NCBI GenBank assembly: GCA_029262375.1
Contig: JAJCZM010000053.1
Location: 29,400 to 93,399, forward strand
DNA: 64,000 nucleotides
Direction: 5' to 3'
DNA from: Deltaproteobacteria bacterium
Lineage (GTDB): Bacteria > Desulfobacterota > Binatia > UBA1149 > SPBQ01
Part shown: positions 53,958 through 64,000 of the stretch, one piece after another
How the letters are laid out: each line of letters begins with the position of its first letter
Numbering within the stretch: the stretch's first letter is position 1
Position numbers and translations under genes: made by a program
The notes under the pieces: model-generated
What the model saw: only the letters and a program-made list of their open reading frames with translations
Told to the model about the DNA's origin: nothing
Databases searched by the model: none

Positions 53958-54689
53958 CTGGCGCGCCGCGCGAGAGCTGACCATCTATTGGTCGAACGCG
54001 GGCTCGCGGACTCGACTGACCGGGCTGCACGGCTCGTCATGGCCGGTAGCGTGCATGTTGCCGGACGCCGCATCGAGAAACCTGGGGAACTGATCGATCG
54101 CGACGTCGAGCTTCACGTAAAGGGCGCGAAACGCTTCGTCTCGCGTGGCGGCGACAAACTCGAAGGTGCACTGCGCTGCTTTGATCTGGACGTAAGCGGC
54201 CTACGCTGCCTCGATGCCGGTTGCTCGACCGGCGGTTTTACCGACTGCCTGCTCCAACATGGAGCGGCGCACGTCGTCGCCGTGGACGTCGGCTATGGCG
54301 ACTTCGACTGGAAGCTGCGTAACGATGTGCGTGTCACGCTACTGGAGCGCACCAATATTCGTGCGCTCGATCCCCGAGAGCTTAGCGAACCCGTCGATCT
54401 GGTTACTGCCGATCTCTCGTTCATCGGCCTCGCGACCGTACTTACGACGCTGGTTCGTCTCGTGCGCCCGTGCGGCGAATTGTTACTGCTGGTCAAACCG
54501 CAGTTCGAGCTGCCTCGCGCGATGGTGAGTGGTGGGGTGGTACGCGACCCAGCGCTTCATGAGCGCGCGATCGAGTCGGTGGAGGCTGCTGCCCGCGCGG
54601 CCGGTACCGAGCCCATCGCAAATGCGCGATCGGTTCTCGAGGGACCGGATGGGAATGTTGAGTACTTCGTCCACCTAAGAGTGCTTTAG
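53958..54689 (+). CDS. tlyA: TlyA-family rRNA (cytidine-2'-O)-methyltransferase; probable CTG start
   Basis: S4 domain plus FtsJ-like domain (FVSRGGDKLEGAL, CLDAGCSTGGFTDCLL, VVAVDVGYG, DLSFI). The conserved N-terminus (L)ARRARADHLLVERGL begins at CTG 53958, upstream of the first canonical start (TTG 53988). GGGAG lies 8 nt upstream of the CTG. Confidence 0.85.
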   Translation: MARRARADHLLVERGLADSTDRAARLVMAGSVHVAGRRIEKPGELIDRDVELHVKGAKRFVSRGGDKLEGALRCFDLDVSGLRCLDAGCSTGGFTDCLLQHGAAHVVAVDVGYGDFDWKLRNDVRVTLLERTNIRALDPRELSEPVDLVTADLSFIGLATVLTTLVRLVRPCGELLLLVKPQFELPRAMVSGGVVRDPALHERAIESVEAAARAAGTEPIANARSVLEGPDGNVEYFVHLRVL

Positions 54690-55077
54690 CGCGGCGTGAA
54701 AGTGCGTAGTCGCGTTGTTGGCCTTCCGGGGCATCTGTAGGATCCGCCTCGGTCGTGGATTCCGGTTCCAAGGGCGATCATGGCGGTAGCGGGTTTGTAT
54801 GGTGTGGCGGTCGGCTCTGGCGCCGGTGTTCCTTGTCGCGGTATCTGTCCCCAGGACGCTACCGTTTGCGCAAGCGGGGATGCCGGAGGCGGTCATTCTC
54901 ACGGGTGAGGTTGATCCATAGGGTCGACCCATCTCCGGCGACTTCTCCTGCACCGGGCGACGCTTTGCCTGTTCAGCCCTGACGGCGTTCGTCGCGCCGG
55001 CCGCGTTGGCCGTGCGAACTCCCTGATTTCTCGACGAAAATCGCCCGTCTCCTTGATCTCGCCGCGCCGTCGCAACG

Positions 55078-55106
55078 TTGACTTCGAGCGACGCGCGGAT
55101 TAGCGT
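55078..55106 (+). promoter_or_regulatory. Candidate sigma-70 promoter for rpoZ
   Basis: TTGACT, a 17-nt spacer, then TAGCGT. It ends about 23 nt upstream of the ATG at 55129. The -10 element is only partially consensus. Confidence 0.3.
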
Positions 55107-55128
55107 CTCGTTTTCTCCGAGGGAGCAG

Positions 55129-55356
55129 ATGGCACGAATAACCGTTGAAGATTGCTTAGAACGAATCCCGAATCGCTTTCAGCTCGCCCTAGTGGCCGTG
55201 AAACGCTCAAAAATGTTGCTGCGCGGAGCACGTCCTCTTGTGGAGTCCGATAACAAGGAGGTCGTGACCTCTCTGCGCGAGATCGCCGCAGGCGAGGTTA
55301 AGCTCATCCACGACGAAAGCATCGACACTGGAATGCCGGTGATTGAGCAAAAGTAA
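55129..55356 (+). CDS. rpoZ: DNA-directed RNA polymerase subunit omega
   Basis: [34 protein letters not shown], with a GGGAG SD. Confidence 0.9.
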   Translation: MARITVEDCLERIPNRFQLALVAVKRSKMLLRGARPLVESDNKEVVTSLREIAAGEVKLIHDESIDTGMPVIEQK

Positions 55357-56410
55357 GAAGAGCAACGTTCCCCCACCGTCCGGTGCAGACTGCGCAGTTC
55401 CCGTGAGCGGCGAGCCGTCCGAAGAAGACGATATCGGTTCGATCGAAGCCGAAGTCGTCAGCGATGACGGATCCGAGGTCGTAGCAGACCTAGCCGAGGC
55501 AGACTCTGAAGACGACAACGTCGTCGACGTCCCGTCCGCGCACGGCAATGCCGTTGCGCTGCGTGACTCGTTGTCGGCGTATCTCGCCGACATCCGCAAA
55601 TATCCGATTCTCTCGCGCGAAGAGGAGCACGAACTCGCTGTAGCCCTGCATGAAGATGGCGACCGCGAGGCCGCCTACAAGCTCGTCACGTCAAACTTGC
55701 GGCTCGTCGTCATGATAGCGCGTGAATATCAGCGCGCTTTCCACAACCTCCTCGACCTCGTCCAAGAGGGCAATGTGGGGCTGCTCGAGGCGGTCAAGCA
55801 GTTCGATCCGTATCGAGGCGTGCGGTTTCCGTCGTATGCTGTCTGGTGGATACGCGCCTACGTGATTCGCCACGTCATGAACAACTTCCGTCTCGTGAAG
55901 GTCGGGACCACTCAGGCTCAGCGCCGACTCTTCTTCAATCTGCAAAAGGAGAAAGCGCGCCTCGAGGCCAAGGGGTTCAAGCCGACGCCGGAGATGATTG
56001 CCGACAATCTCGGCGTGAAACCGAAAGAAGTCATCGAGATGGACATGCGCATGGGCACGGGCGCTGAGGTATCCGTGGATGCGCCAGTCAGGGGCGGGGA
56101 GGGCGATGCACGCGTCCTGGACCTGCTTCCAGCCGAAACGATGTCGGTCGAGGATTCCGTCGCCAATTTCGAGTTATTCAGCCTCATGACTGAAAAACTC
56201 AGCGAATTCCGCGAAACGCTCGAGGGCCGGGATCTCGAAATCATCGAGGAGCGTCTGCTGGCCGAGGATCCCATCACACTTCAGGAGCTCGGTGACCGCT
56301 GGGGTGTCAGCCGCGAGCGCGTGCGCCAGGTCGAAGAGGCACTGAAGAAGCGCCTGAGGGAGTTTCTGGTCGAGGCGGTCCGCGACGACGAGGTCATCGA
56401 GCTCGACTAG
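55343..56410 (+). CDS. rpoH: RpoH-like sigma-70 family sigma factor with acidic N-terminal extension
   Basis: Region 2 [12 protein letters not shown]...[37 protein letters not shown]. The RpoH box is [14 protein letters not shown]. Region 4 is [22 protein letters not shown]. About 75 N-terminal residues are Asp/Glu/Val-rich. The TTG start is uncertain. Confidence 0.85.
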   Translation: MSKSKKSNVPPPSGADCAVPVSGEPSEEDDIGSIEAEVVSDDGSEVVADLAEADSEDDNVVDVPSAHGNAVALRDSLSAYLADIRKYPILSREEEHELAVALHEDGDREAAYKLVTSNLRLVVMIAREYQRAFHNLLDLVQEGNVGLLEAVKQFDPYRGVRFPSYAVWWIRAYVIRHVMNNFRLVKVGTTQAQRRLFFNLQKEKARLEAKGFKPTPEMIADNLGVKPKEVIEMDMRMGTGAEVSVDAPVRGGEGDARVLDLLPAETMSVEDSVANFELFSLMTEKLSEFRETLEGRDLEIIEERLLAEDPITLQELGDRWGVSRERVRQVEEALKKRLREFLVEAVRDDEVIELD

Positions 56411-56514
56411 TCGGCCGCGCACGGACGGGCGTACGCGAATGGCCGCTATTGCACGGCTGTGCTAATGTTTCCCCCGTTCCTGCTCGTATTTTCGTACGTC
56501 GGAACAGAGCCGAG

Positions 56515-57258
56515 ATGCCTCACGATTCCGCGACGAAAACGGCGGCAATGGTCGTTATCGGTAACGAGATCCTTTCGGGAAAGGTGACCGACTCCAATTC
56601 GCCCTTTCTGGCGAAAGAACTCCGCGCCGCCGGGGTTTCACTCGAGCGTATTGCCGTCATTCCCGATGAGATCGCCCTGATCGGATCCACCGTGGCCGAC
56701 TTTGCCGCGCTGTTCGACTTCGTCTTTACGTCAGGTGGCGTAGGACCTACGCACGACGACATGACGATGGATGGTGTCGCCTGCGGCTTCGGCGTTCCGG
56801 TCGTCGAACATGTGGAGTTGCGCGAGATGATCGCGCGCGCCGTCAGTGGTAGTCTCACCGAGTCGCATCTGAAGATGGCTCAGATTCCCGAGGGCGCCGA
56901 GCTGGTTGGTGACCATGAACACTTTCCGACCGTGCGCATGCGAAACGTTTTCGTGTTGCCAGGGATCCCCGAGATCTTCGAAGCCAAGATCAGGGGGTTG
57001 CGCGATCGGTTTGCAGGCGACCCGTATTATCTTCGCCAGATACTCGTTTCAGTCAGTGAGACCCGAATCGCGGACTTCCTGAACGAGACCCTGGCAGCGT
57101 TTCCCGAGTTAATGCTCGGGTCATATCCGAAGTTCGCGAACGAGGAGTACAGCGTACGTCTGACTCTGGAGTCGAAGAACGAGGACTATCTCGAGGCTGC
57201 TCTCGCCGATTTGATGGCACGCATGCCCGAGTCTTACATTGTTGAAGTTGTTCGCTGA
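56515..57258 (+). CDS. Molybdopterin-binding (MoCF_BD/CinA N-terminal-like) domain protein
   Basis: AAMVVIGNEILSGKVTDSNSPFLAKELRAAGVSLERIAVIPDE...FVFTSGGVGPTHDDMT. Confidence 0.8.
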   Translation: MPHDSATKTAAMVVIGNEILSGKVTDSNSPFLAKELRAAGVSLERIAVIPDEIALIGSTVADFAALFDFVFTSGGVGPTHDDMTMDGVACGFGVPVVEHVELREMIARAVSGSLTESHLKMAQIPEGAELVGDHEHFPTVRMRNVFVLPGIPEIFEAKIRGLRDRFAGDPYYLRQILVSVSETRIADFLNETLAAFPELMLGSYPKFANEEYSVRLTLESKNEDYLEAALADLMARMPESYIVEVVR

Positions 57259-57266
57259 GGAGGTGA

Positions 57267-57626
57267 ATGAGGATGAGTAGGAAACGGAACAATTCAGTAG
57301 CGGCCATATTGGCCACCCTCGTGTTTTCGGTGGCGATGTTGGCGACCAGTGTCGTGCATGCCGATGACGTCCAACGGGCCAAGTCCGATGCCGGTCTCGG
57401 TCTCGCGACCGTTGTGGCTAATGTCTTCTATATTCCGGTCAAAGTGGCGTATGCGGCCGTCGGTGGCATAACCGGTGGGCTGGCTTATGCGGTCACGGCG
57501 GGCAACAAAAGTGTTGCAGAACGGGTCTGGGTCTCGTCCGTGGGCGGCGACTATGTGCTGACCGGCGATATGGTCGCAGGACAGCAGAAGATTCAGTTCA
57601 GCGGTAGTACCGACCCCGACCTCTAG
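57267..57626 (+). CDS. Small hypothetical exported/membrane protein
   Basis: GAGGAGG SD. A signal-like N-terminus is followed by a Gly/Ala-rich hydrophobic segment (VKVAYAAVGGITGGLAYAV). I recognised no family. Confidence 0.55.
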   Translation: MRMSRKRNNSVAAILATLVFSVAMLATSVVHADDVQRAKSDAGLGLATVVANVFYIPVKVAYAAVGGITGGLAYAVTAGNKSVAERVWVSSVGGDYVLTGDMVAGQQKIQFSGSTDPDL

Positions 57627-57731
57627 GCCGATAGCGGCGCGAGTCTTGTCATGCGGTGCGTACTGCGTTACGGTTTCGCGCTGCCGGCACACCCGTGCCG
57701 GTCAAGTTCTGCCAGAGGGGTTCGGTATACT

Positions 57732-58334
57732 ATGCGAATGACCAAGTACTTTTTGATTTGTCTTACGCTCGTCGCGGTGGTCGGGACATCCGGCTGCGAC
57801 ATGATCATGGGATACTTCCGCGCGCAGTCGGCTGCGACGAAGTGGGAAGGTGCCGTGGCTGAGATCGTATTCGAGCGACTCGAGAAAGACGGCAAAGTGT
57901 TCGACGTCGAGATGCACTCCCGCATCGATGCGCCGGTCGACAAAGTCTGGGCCGCAATGAAACAGCCCGAAAAACTCGCCGACTTCAGCGAGCAGTACAA
58001 GAAGAGCAAGCTGCTCAAAGAAGAGGGCAACAAGAAGCAGCTCGAATTGCACGTTCTTGCCCTCGACAACCTGCAGCAGTTCACCGTCGAGTTGGCTTTC
58101 GACGAAGCGGCCAAGAAGGTTGTGATCTCGACGATTCAGTCCACGCTCGCCGACATCAGTGGATCCTATGAACTGAAGCCGTCGCCGGACGGTCTGAAGA
58201 CGCTCTACATCTACAAGGCGACTCAGACCGACAAGATCGCGCTGCCCATCTCGGTGGACGTGCAGCGAAGCGGTCTCAAAGAAGCGTTCGTGAACCAGGT
58301 TCGAGCGATTAAGAAACAGATCGGCGTGAGCTGA
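57732..58334 (+). CDS. SRPBCC/START-like lipoprotein (tentative)
   Basis: Lipoprotein signal MRMTKYFLICLTLVAVVGTSGC. IDAPVDKVWAAMKQPEKLADF resembles the N-terminal strand-helix of SRPBCC proteins. TATACT at 57726-57731 lies immediately upstream, so the second ATG (57738) could be a leaderless start. Confidence 0.6.
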   Translation: MRMTKYFLICLTLVAVVGTSGCDMIMGYFRAQSAATKWEGAVAEIVFERLEKDGKVFDVEMHSRIDAPVDKVWAAMKQPEKLADFSEQYKKSKLLKEEGNKKQLELHVLALDNLQQFTVELAFDEAAKKVVISTIQSTLADISGSYELKPSPDGLKTLYIYKATQTDKIALPISVDVQRSGLKEAFVNQVRAIKKQIGVS

Positions 58335-58369
58335 GAGTCGGCCGATCCGGCCGCAATATTCGCATCGCG

Positions 58370-58425
58370 CGCCGCCCATCGGTCTATCCGGTGGGCGGCG
58401 CCTTGCGTTTTGCGTTTTGCGTTTT
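58370..58425 (+). terminator. Intrinsic terminator with T-rich tail formed by GCGTTTT x3
   Basis: A 13-bp stem CGCCGCCCATCGG / CCGGTGGGCGGCG (one G-U pair) with a 5-nt loop is followed by CCTT GCGTTTT GCGTTTT GCGTTTT. Confidence 0.7.
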
Positions 58426-58470
58426 GGAGGGACGGCCCAGGCAGCCGAGATTGCTGCTAAGCTGGTCAAA

Positions 58471-59049
58471 GTGAAAATCACGAGTGCCGAATTCGTGGCA
58501 GCAGCCACGCGCCCTGCGGAGATTCCCAAGCCGCACTTCCCAGAGGTGGCTCTGGCAGGGCGCTCGAACGTCGGCAAGTCGTCGCTGATCAACAAACTCA
58601 CTTCGCGTAAGAAACTAGCGCGCACGAGCGGCACGCCGGGGTGCACCCGTGGCCTCATATTCTTCGACATCAACGAGACACTGACCTTGGTAGATCTGCC
58701 GGGCTACGGCTGGGCGAAGCGATCGCTGGCGGAGCGCGATCGCTGGAAGATCTTGGTCGAGACCTATCTTCTCGGCCGGGAGGCACTGGCCGGCGTACTC
58801 ATCTTGATCGACGTACGTCGCGGTCCGCAGGAAGAAGAGAGCATGCTGGCCGAGTTCCTTGCTACGCACGAGATCGCGTACGCTTGGGTGCTGACCAAGT
58901 GTGACAAGATCAAAAAGGGGGCGTTGCGTTCGCGCCTGACCGAACTCGGGGGCGAGCTGGGGGATGTCACTGTCTTGCCCACGTCCGCGAGTGCGGGAAC
59001 CGGAACGGACGCTGTATGGCGTTGGGTGCACGAGGCGCGTACGGCCTAG
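58471..59049 (+). CDS. engB: Ribosome biogenesis GTP-binding protein YsxC/EngB
   Basis: The GTG at 58471 gives (M)KITSAEFVAAATRPAEIPKPHFPEVALAGRSNVGKSSLINKL, which matches the usual EngB N-terminus. Also present are DLPGYG and TKCDK. The track start at 58417 lies inside the terminator tail. Confidence 0.88.
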   Translation: MKITSAEFVAAATRPAEIPKPHFPEVALAGRSNVGKSSLINKLTSRKKLARTSGTPGCTRGLIFFDINETLTLVDLPGYGWAKRSLAERDRWKILVETYLLGREALAGVLILIDVRRGPQEEESMLAEFLATHEIAYAWVLTKCDKIKKGALRSRLTELGGELGDVTVLPTSASAGTGTDAVWRWVHEARTA

Positions 59050-59058
59050 GCCGAGTCC

Positions 59059-59925
59059 ATGAACGATATCATCGCGCTGCTCAGACCCGCGCAATGGGTC
59101 AAGAACGCGTTCGTTCTCGCGCCGCTGGTGTTCGCCCAACGATTCTTCGAGCCGGATGAGTTTGCGCATGCAGGTGCCGCCGTGCTGAGCTTTTGCTGCG
59201 CTTCGAGTGCGGCCTACGTATTCAACGACATCGTAGATCGGCATCGCGATCGCCGCCATCCACTAAAGCGTGACCGACCCATTGCCGCCGGGCGCGTCTC
59301 GGTCAGATCTGCCGCGATCGTCGGGGTCGTTGCTTTGTTGGCAGGCACGTCGCTCGGCTCGCTCATCGGCGAGTCTTTCATGGCTGTACTGGGGGCGTTC
59401 TGCCTGTTGCAGATCCTGTACTCGACGGTCTTGAAGAACATCGTAGTCGTCGACAGCGTCTCGATCGCCGTCGGTTTCACGCTTCGAGCCGCCGCCGGAG
59501 TCGTGGCGGTGGATGCGGCGATGTCGCGCTGGTTGTTGGTCTGCACGTTCCTGCTAGCGCTGTTCCTCGCACTCGGGAAGCGGCGCCACGAGTCCGTGCT
59601 TCTCGGCGACGACGCAGGTAGTCACCGCGACGTTCTCGGACGATATTCGCTGCTGTTACTCGACCAGTTCATCGGGATCTCAGCCGTCTCTACGACGATC
59701 ATCTATGCGATGTATTGCTTGTCGCCGCAGGTCGCCGCCAAGCTCGGAACAGAGTATCTTTATCTCACGATCCCTTTTGTGGTCTTCGGGGTTTTCCGAT
59801 ACCTATTTTTGGTTTACGGGCGTGAAGAAGGTGGCTCTCCGACTGACGTTTTATTGGGAGATCTGCCCCTTCAGCTGGGGATTTTCGGCTGGATAACGAC
59901 GGTTTTCCTGCTCCTGTACCAGTAG
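59059..59925 (+). CDS. UbiA-family decaprenyl-phosphate phosphoribosyltransferase-like prenyltransferase
   Basis: LLRPAQWVKNAFVLAPLVFA, NDIVDRHRDRRHPLKRDRPIAAG, and multiple TM helices. Confidence 0.8.
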   Translation: MNDIIALLRPAQWVKNAFVLAPLVFAQRFFEPDEFAHAGAAVLSFCCASSAAYVFNDIVDRHRDRRHPLKRDRPIAAGRVSVRSAAIVGVVALLAGTSLGSLIGESFMAVLGAFCLLQILYSTVLKNIVVVDSVSIAVGFTLRAAAGVVAVDAAMSRWLLVCTFLLALFLALGKRRHESVLLGDDAGSHRDVLGRYSLLLLDQFIGISAVSTTIIYAMYCLSPQVAAKLGTEYLYLTIPFVVFGVFRYLFLVYGREEGGSPTDVLLGDLPLQLGIFGWITTVFLLLYQ

Positions 59926-59978
59926 CCTGTATCGGTGGCGTGCACCGGTAAACCTGCACCGGTGACCTGTACCGGCCA
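59913..59978 (+). repeat. Five tandem 13-14-nt repeats CCTG(Y)A(Y)CGGTRR with ACCGGT/CACCGGTG palindromic cores
   Basis: The copies read cctgtaccagtag / cctgtatcggtgg / cgtgcaccggtaaa / cctgcaccggtga / cctgtaccggccaa. The first copy contains the stop codon of the prenyltransferase gene. Confidence 0.8.
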
Positions 59979-60012
59979 ATTGCCCACCGCGGCGAGCGAA
60001 GACGGACGAAGG

Positions 60013-60036
60013 CGTAAGAGCGTAAGAGCGTAAGAG
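60013..60036 (+). repeat. Three perfect tandem copies of CGTAAGAG abutting the ATG of the DUF362 gene
   Basis: cgtaagag cgtaagag cgtaagag ATG. Confidence 0.9.
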
Positions 60037-61173
60037 ATGGAAGAGAGCGTCGTAGCGGTCCTCAAGACGAAACCCGAAACGGTCGTCGACGACTATGGTC
60101 GGCTGATGGAACTCGCAGACGTAGAGCGCTTCCTACCGCGTGAACACCAGACCCTCATCAAGCTCAATCTCTCCTGGACGAAGTACTTCCCCTCATGCTC
60201 CTCGCAGCCCTGGCAGGTCGAAGGGGTAGCGCGGGGGCTGCTCGATCGCGGCTATACCCGCGACCAGCTCGTCCCGGTCGAGAACAAGACCGTCGTCACC
60301 GATCCGCTCAAGGGGTGCGAGAATAACCTCTGGGGCGGCGTGCTGCGCCACTACGGATTGGATTTCATCCCACTCACGCATGTCGATTGGAAGGTTCGCA
60401 AGTTCGAGAGTCCGCTTTTGAAGCTCCAGGAGATCTTTCCCGAAGGGATCGAAGTGCCGGCGATGTTCGAAGGCAAGAACGTCGTGCATCTTCCTACGGT
60501 AAAGACGCACGGACATTCGACTACCACCGGAGCGATCAAGAACGCGTTCGGCGGGCTTCTCAAAGAGGTTCGTCACTACGCGCACAAACATATCCACGAG
60601 GTGCTGGTAGATCTCGTCTACATGCAGCGTGAGCTGCACCCGGGCGTCTTCGCGGTGATGGATGGAACGGTTTGCGGCGACGGTGCCGGTCCTCGCACGA
60701 TGACTCCCCGAATCAAGAACTACATTCTCGCCAGCGGTGACTCGGTTGCCATTGATGCCGTCGCCGCAGCGATGATGGGATTCAATCCGCTCGAGATTCC
60801 GTATCTGCGCATGTGCCACGATCGAGAGCTCGGCTGCGCCGATATGCAGAAAATCAAGCTGGTGGGAGAGGACGTGCGCGGCGTGAACTTCGGTTTCGAG
60901 ACGAAGAAAAGCTTCGTCATCTGGGGTGACCAGATGCTACGAAAGGGGCCGCTGCAGTTCCTCGAGCACGCCGCGCTGCACTCGCCACTCGTGGTATGGG
61001 CGCCGATGGCGTCGAACCTTTATCACGACTTCATGTGGTACCCGACGATCGGTCGCAAACGTATCAAGGAGTTCGAGTCGACCGAGTGGGGACGCTTGTT
61101 CGATAGCTATCGCCGCCCTCCTGCCGGCGGTGCCGAACCCGTCGCGGCAGAACTGGCCGAGCAACCCGCTTGA
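60037..61173 (+). CDS. DUF362 domain-containing protein
   Basis: IKLNLSW..., LPTVKTHGHSTTTGAIKNAFGGLL, VMDGTVCGDGAGP, ILASGDSVAIDAVAAAMMGF. These match my memory of the DUF362 layout. Confidence 0.75.
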   Translation: MEESVVAVLKTKPETVVDDYGRLMELADVERFLPREHQTLIKLNLSWTKYFPSCSSQPWQVEGVARGLLDRGYTRDQLVPVENKTVVTDPLKGCENNLWGGVLRHYGLDFIPLTHVDWKVRKFESPLLKLQEIFPEGIEVPAMFEGKNVVHLPTVKTHGHSTTTGAIKNAFGGLLKEVRHYAHKHIHEVLVDLVYMQRELHPGVFAVMDGTVCGDGAGPRTMTPRIKNYILASGDSVAIDAVAAAMMGFNPLEIPYLRMCHDRELGCADMQKIKLVGEDVRGVNFGFETKKSFVIWGDQMLRKGPLQFLEHAALHSPLVVWAPMASNLYHDFMWYPTIGRKRIKEFESTEWGRLFDSYRRPPAGGAEPVAAELAEQPA

Positions 61174-61197
61174 GCGGCGTCGTCCGATGATCAAACA

Positions 61198-63885
<2,688 letters not shown>

Positions 63886-63888
63886 TCA

Positions 63889-64000
63889 TTGAAGATCGAC
63901 CCACGCCCCACACCGCCATCCGTACGAGGCTTCCGATTTTCTGGAGTTCATGGTGGGCTCAAGCCGCGCGGCAAACGCGATTTCGGTCTGATCGTCGCCG
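63889..64000 (+). CDS. argJ: Probable ArgJ (glutamate N-acetyltransferase/amino-acid acetyltransferase), N-terminal fragment running off the window
   Basis: TTG at 63889 with GGGAGGA 9 nt upstream. The translation (M)KIDPRPTPPSVRGFRFSGVHGGLKPRGKRDFGLIVA fits the ArgJ N-terminal pattern GF-x-x-G-x-x-x-G-x-K-x-x-G-x-x-D-x-x-L-I. Only 37 codons are visible. Confidence 0.5.
   Translation, partial: MKIDPRPTPPSVRGFRFSGVHGGLKPRGKRDFGLIVA

Noticed and set aside
54690-55077. Gap of about 390 nt between tlyA and rpoZ with only weak ORFs (75 aa on +, 92 aa on -)
   Set aside because: I looked for tRNA cloverleaf ends, tmRNA, SRP, 6S and RNase P hallmark strings and for a credible small ORF. A 39-codon signal-peptide-like GTG ORF exists, but I could support nothing from sequence alone. 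An Rfam scan would be the decisive test.
57702-58673. 323-aa minus-strand ORF
   Set aside because: It spans a + strand lipoprotein gene, a terminator and the engB start. It has no motifs.
59913-60036. Possible CRISPR array
   Set aside because: The repeat units are only 8 and 13-14 nt long, directly tandem without spacers, and no cas genes are present.

Overview
High-GC (about 60% by eye), gene-dense bacterial chromosome segment with about 65 supported CDSs. I recognised no rRNA, tRNA, CRISPR array or mobile element. Gram-negative housekeeping genes are present: partial gltA, fbp, dtd, trmL, lgt, ftsEX-envC-ctpA, xseA/xseB, ispA, tlyA, rpoZ, an RpoH-box sigma factor, engB, secA and partial argJ. 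Myxococcus-type cysteine-rich repeats and sigma-54 machinery suggest a Myxococcota/deltaproteobacteria-like lineage, which is inference only. Four things stand out. (1) Three tandem secreted genes (5943-11162) are built from seven copies of an unassigned four-Cys module of about 115-125 aa. The modules are combined with Thr-rich linkers, Cys-rich repeats and one dockerin-like double EF-hand loop per protein. A fourth dockerin-bearing giant secreted protein lies at 31289-33727. Together these look like a possible cohesin/dockerin-style extracellular assembly system. (2) Sigma-54 -24/-12 motifs precede two of those genes, a small membrane-protein gene and a stress operon. (3) A globin-coupled sensor kinase sits divergent from a sigma-54 enhancer-binding response regulator, next to a rubrerythrin-like/PyrD-like/2xUsp/beta-CASP cluster. 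(4) There are several short tandem-repeat and palindrome arrays in intergenic regions, a clear TetR promoter/operator, and a likely CTG-initiated tlyA. Many long ORFs in the six-frame track are antisense or out-of-frame shadows typical of high-GC DNA and were rejected.
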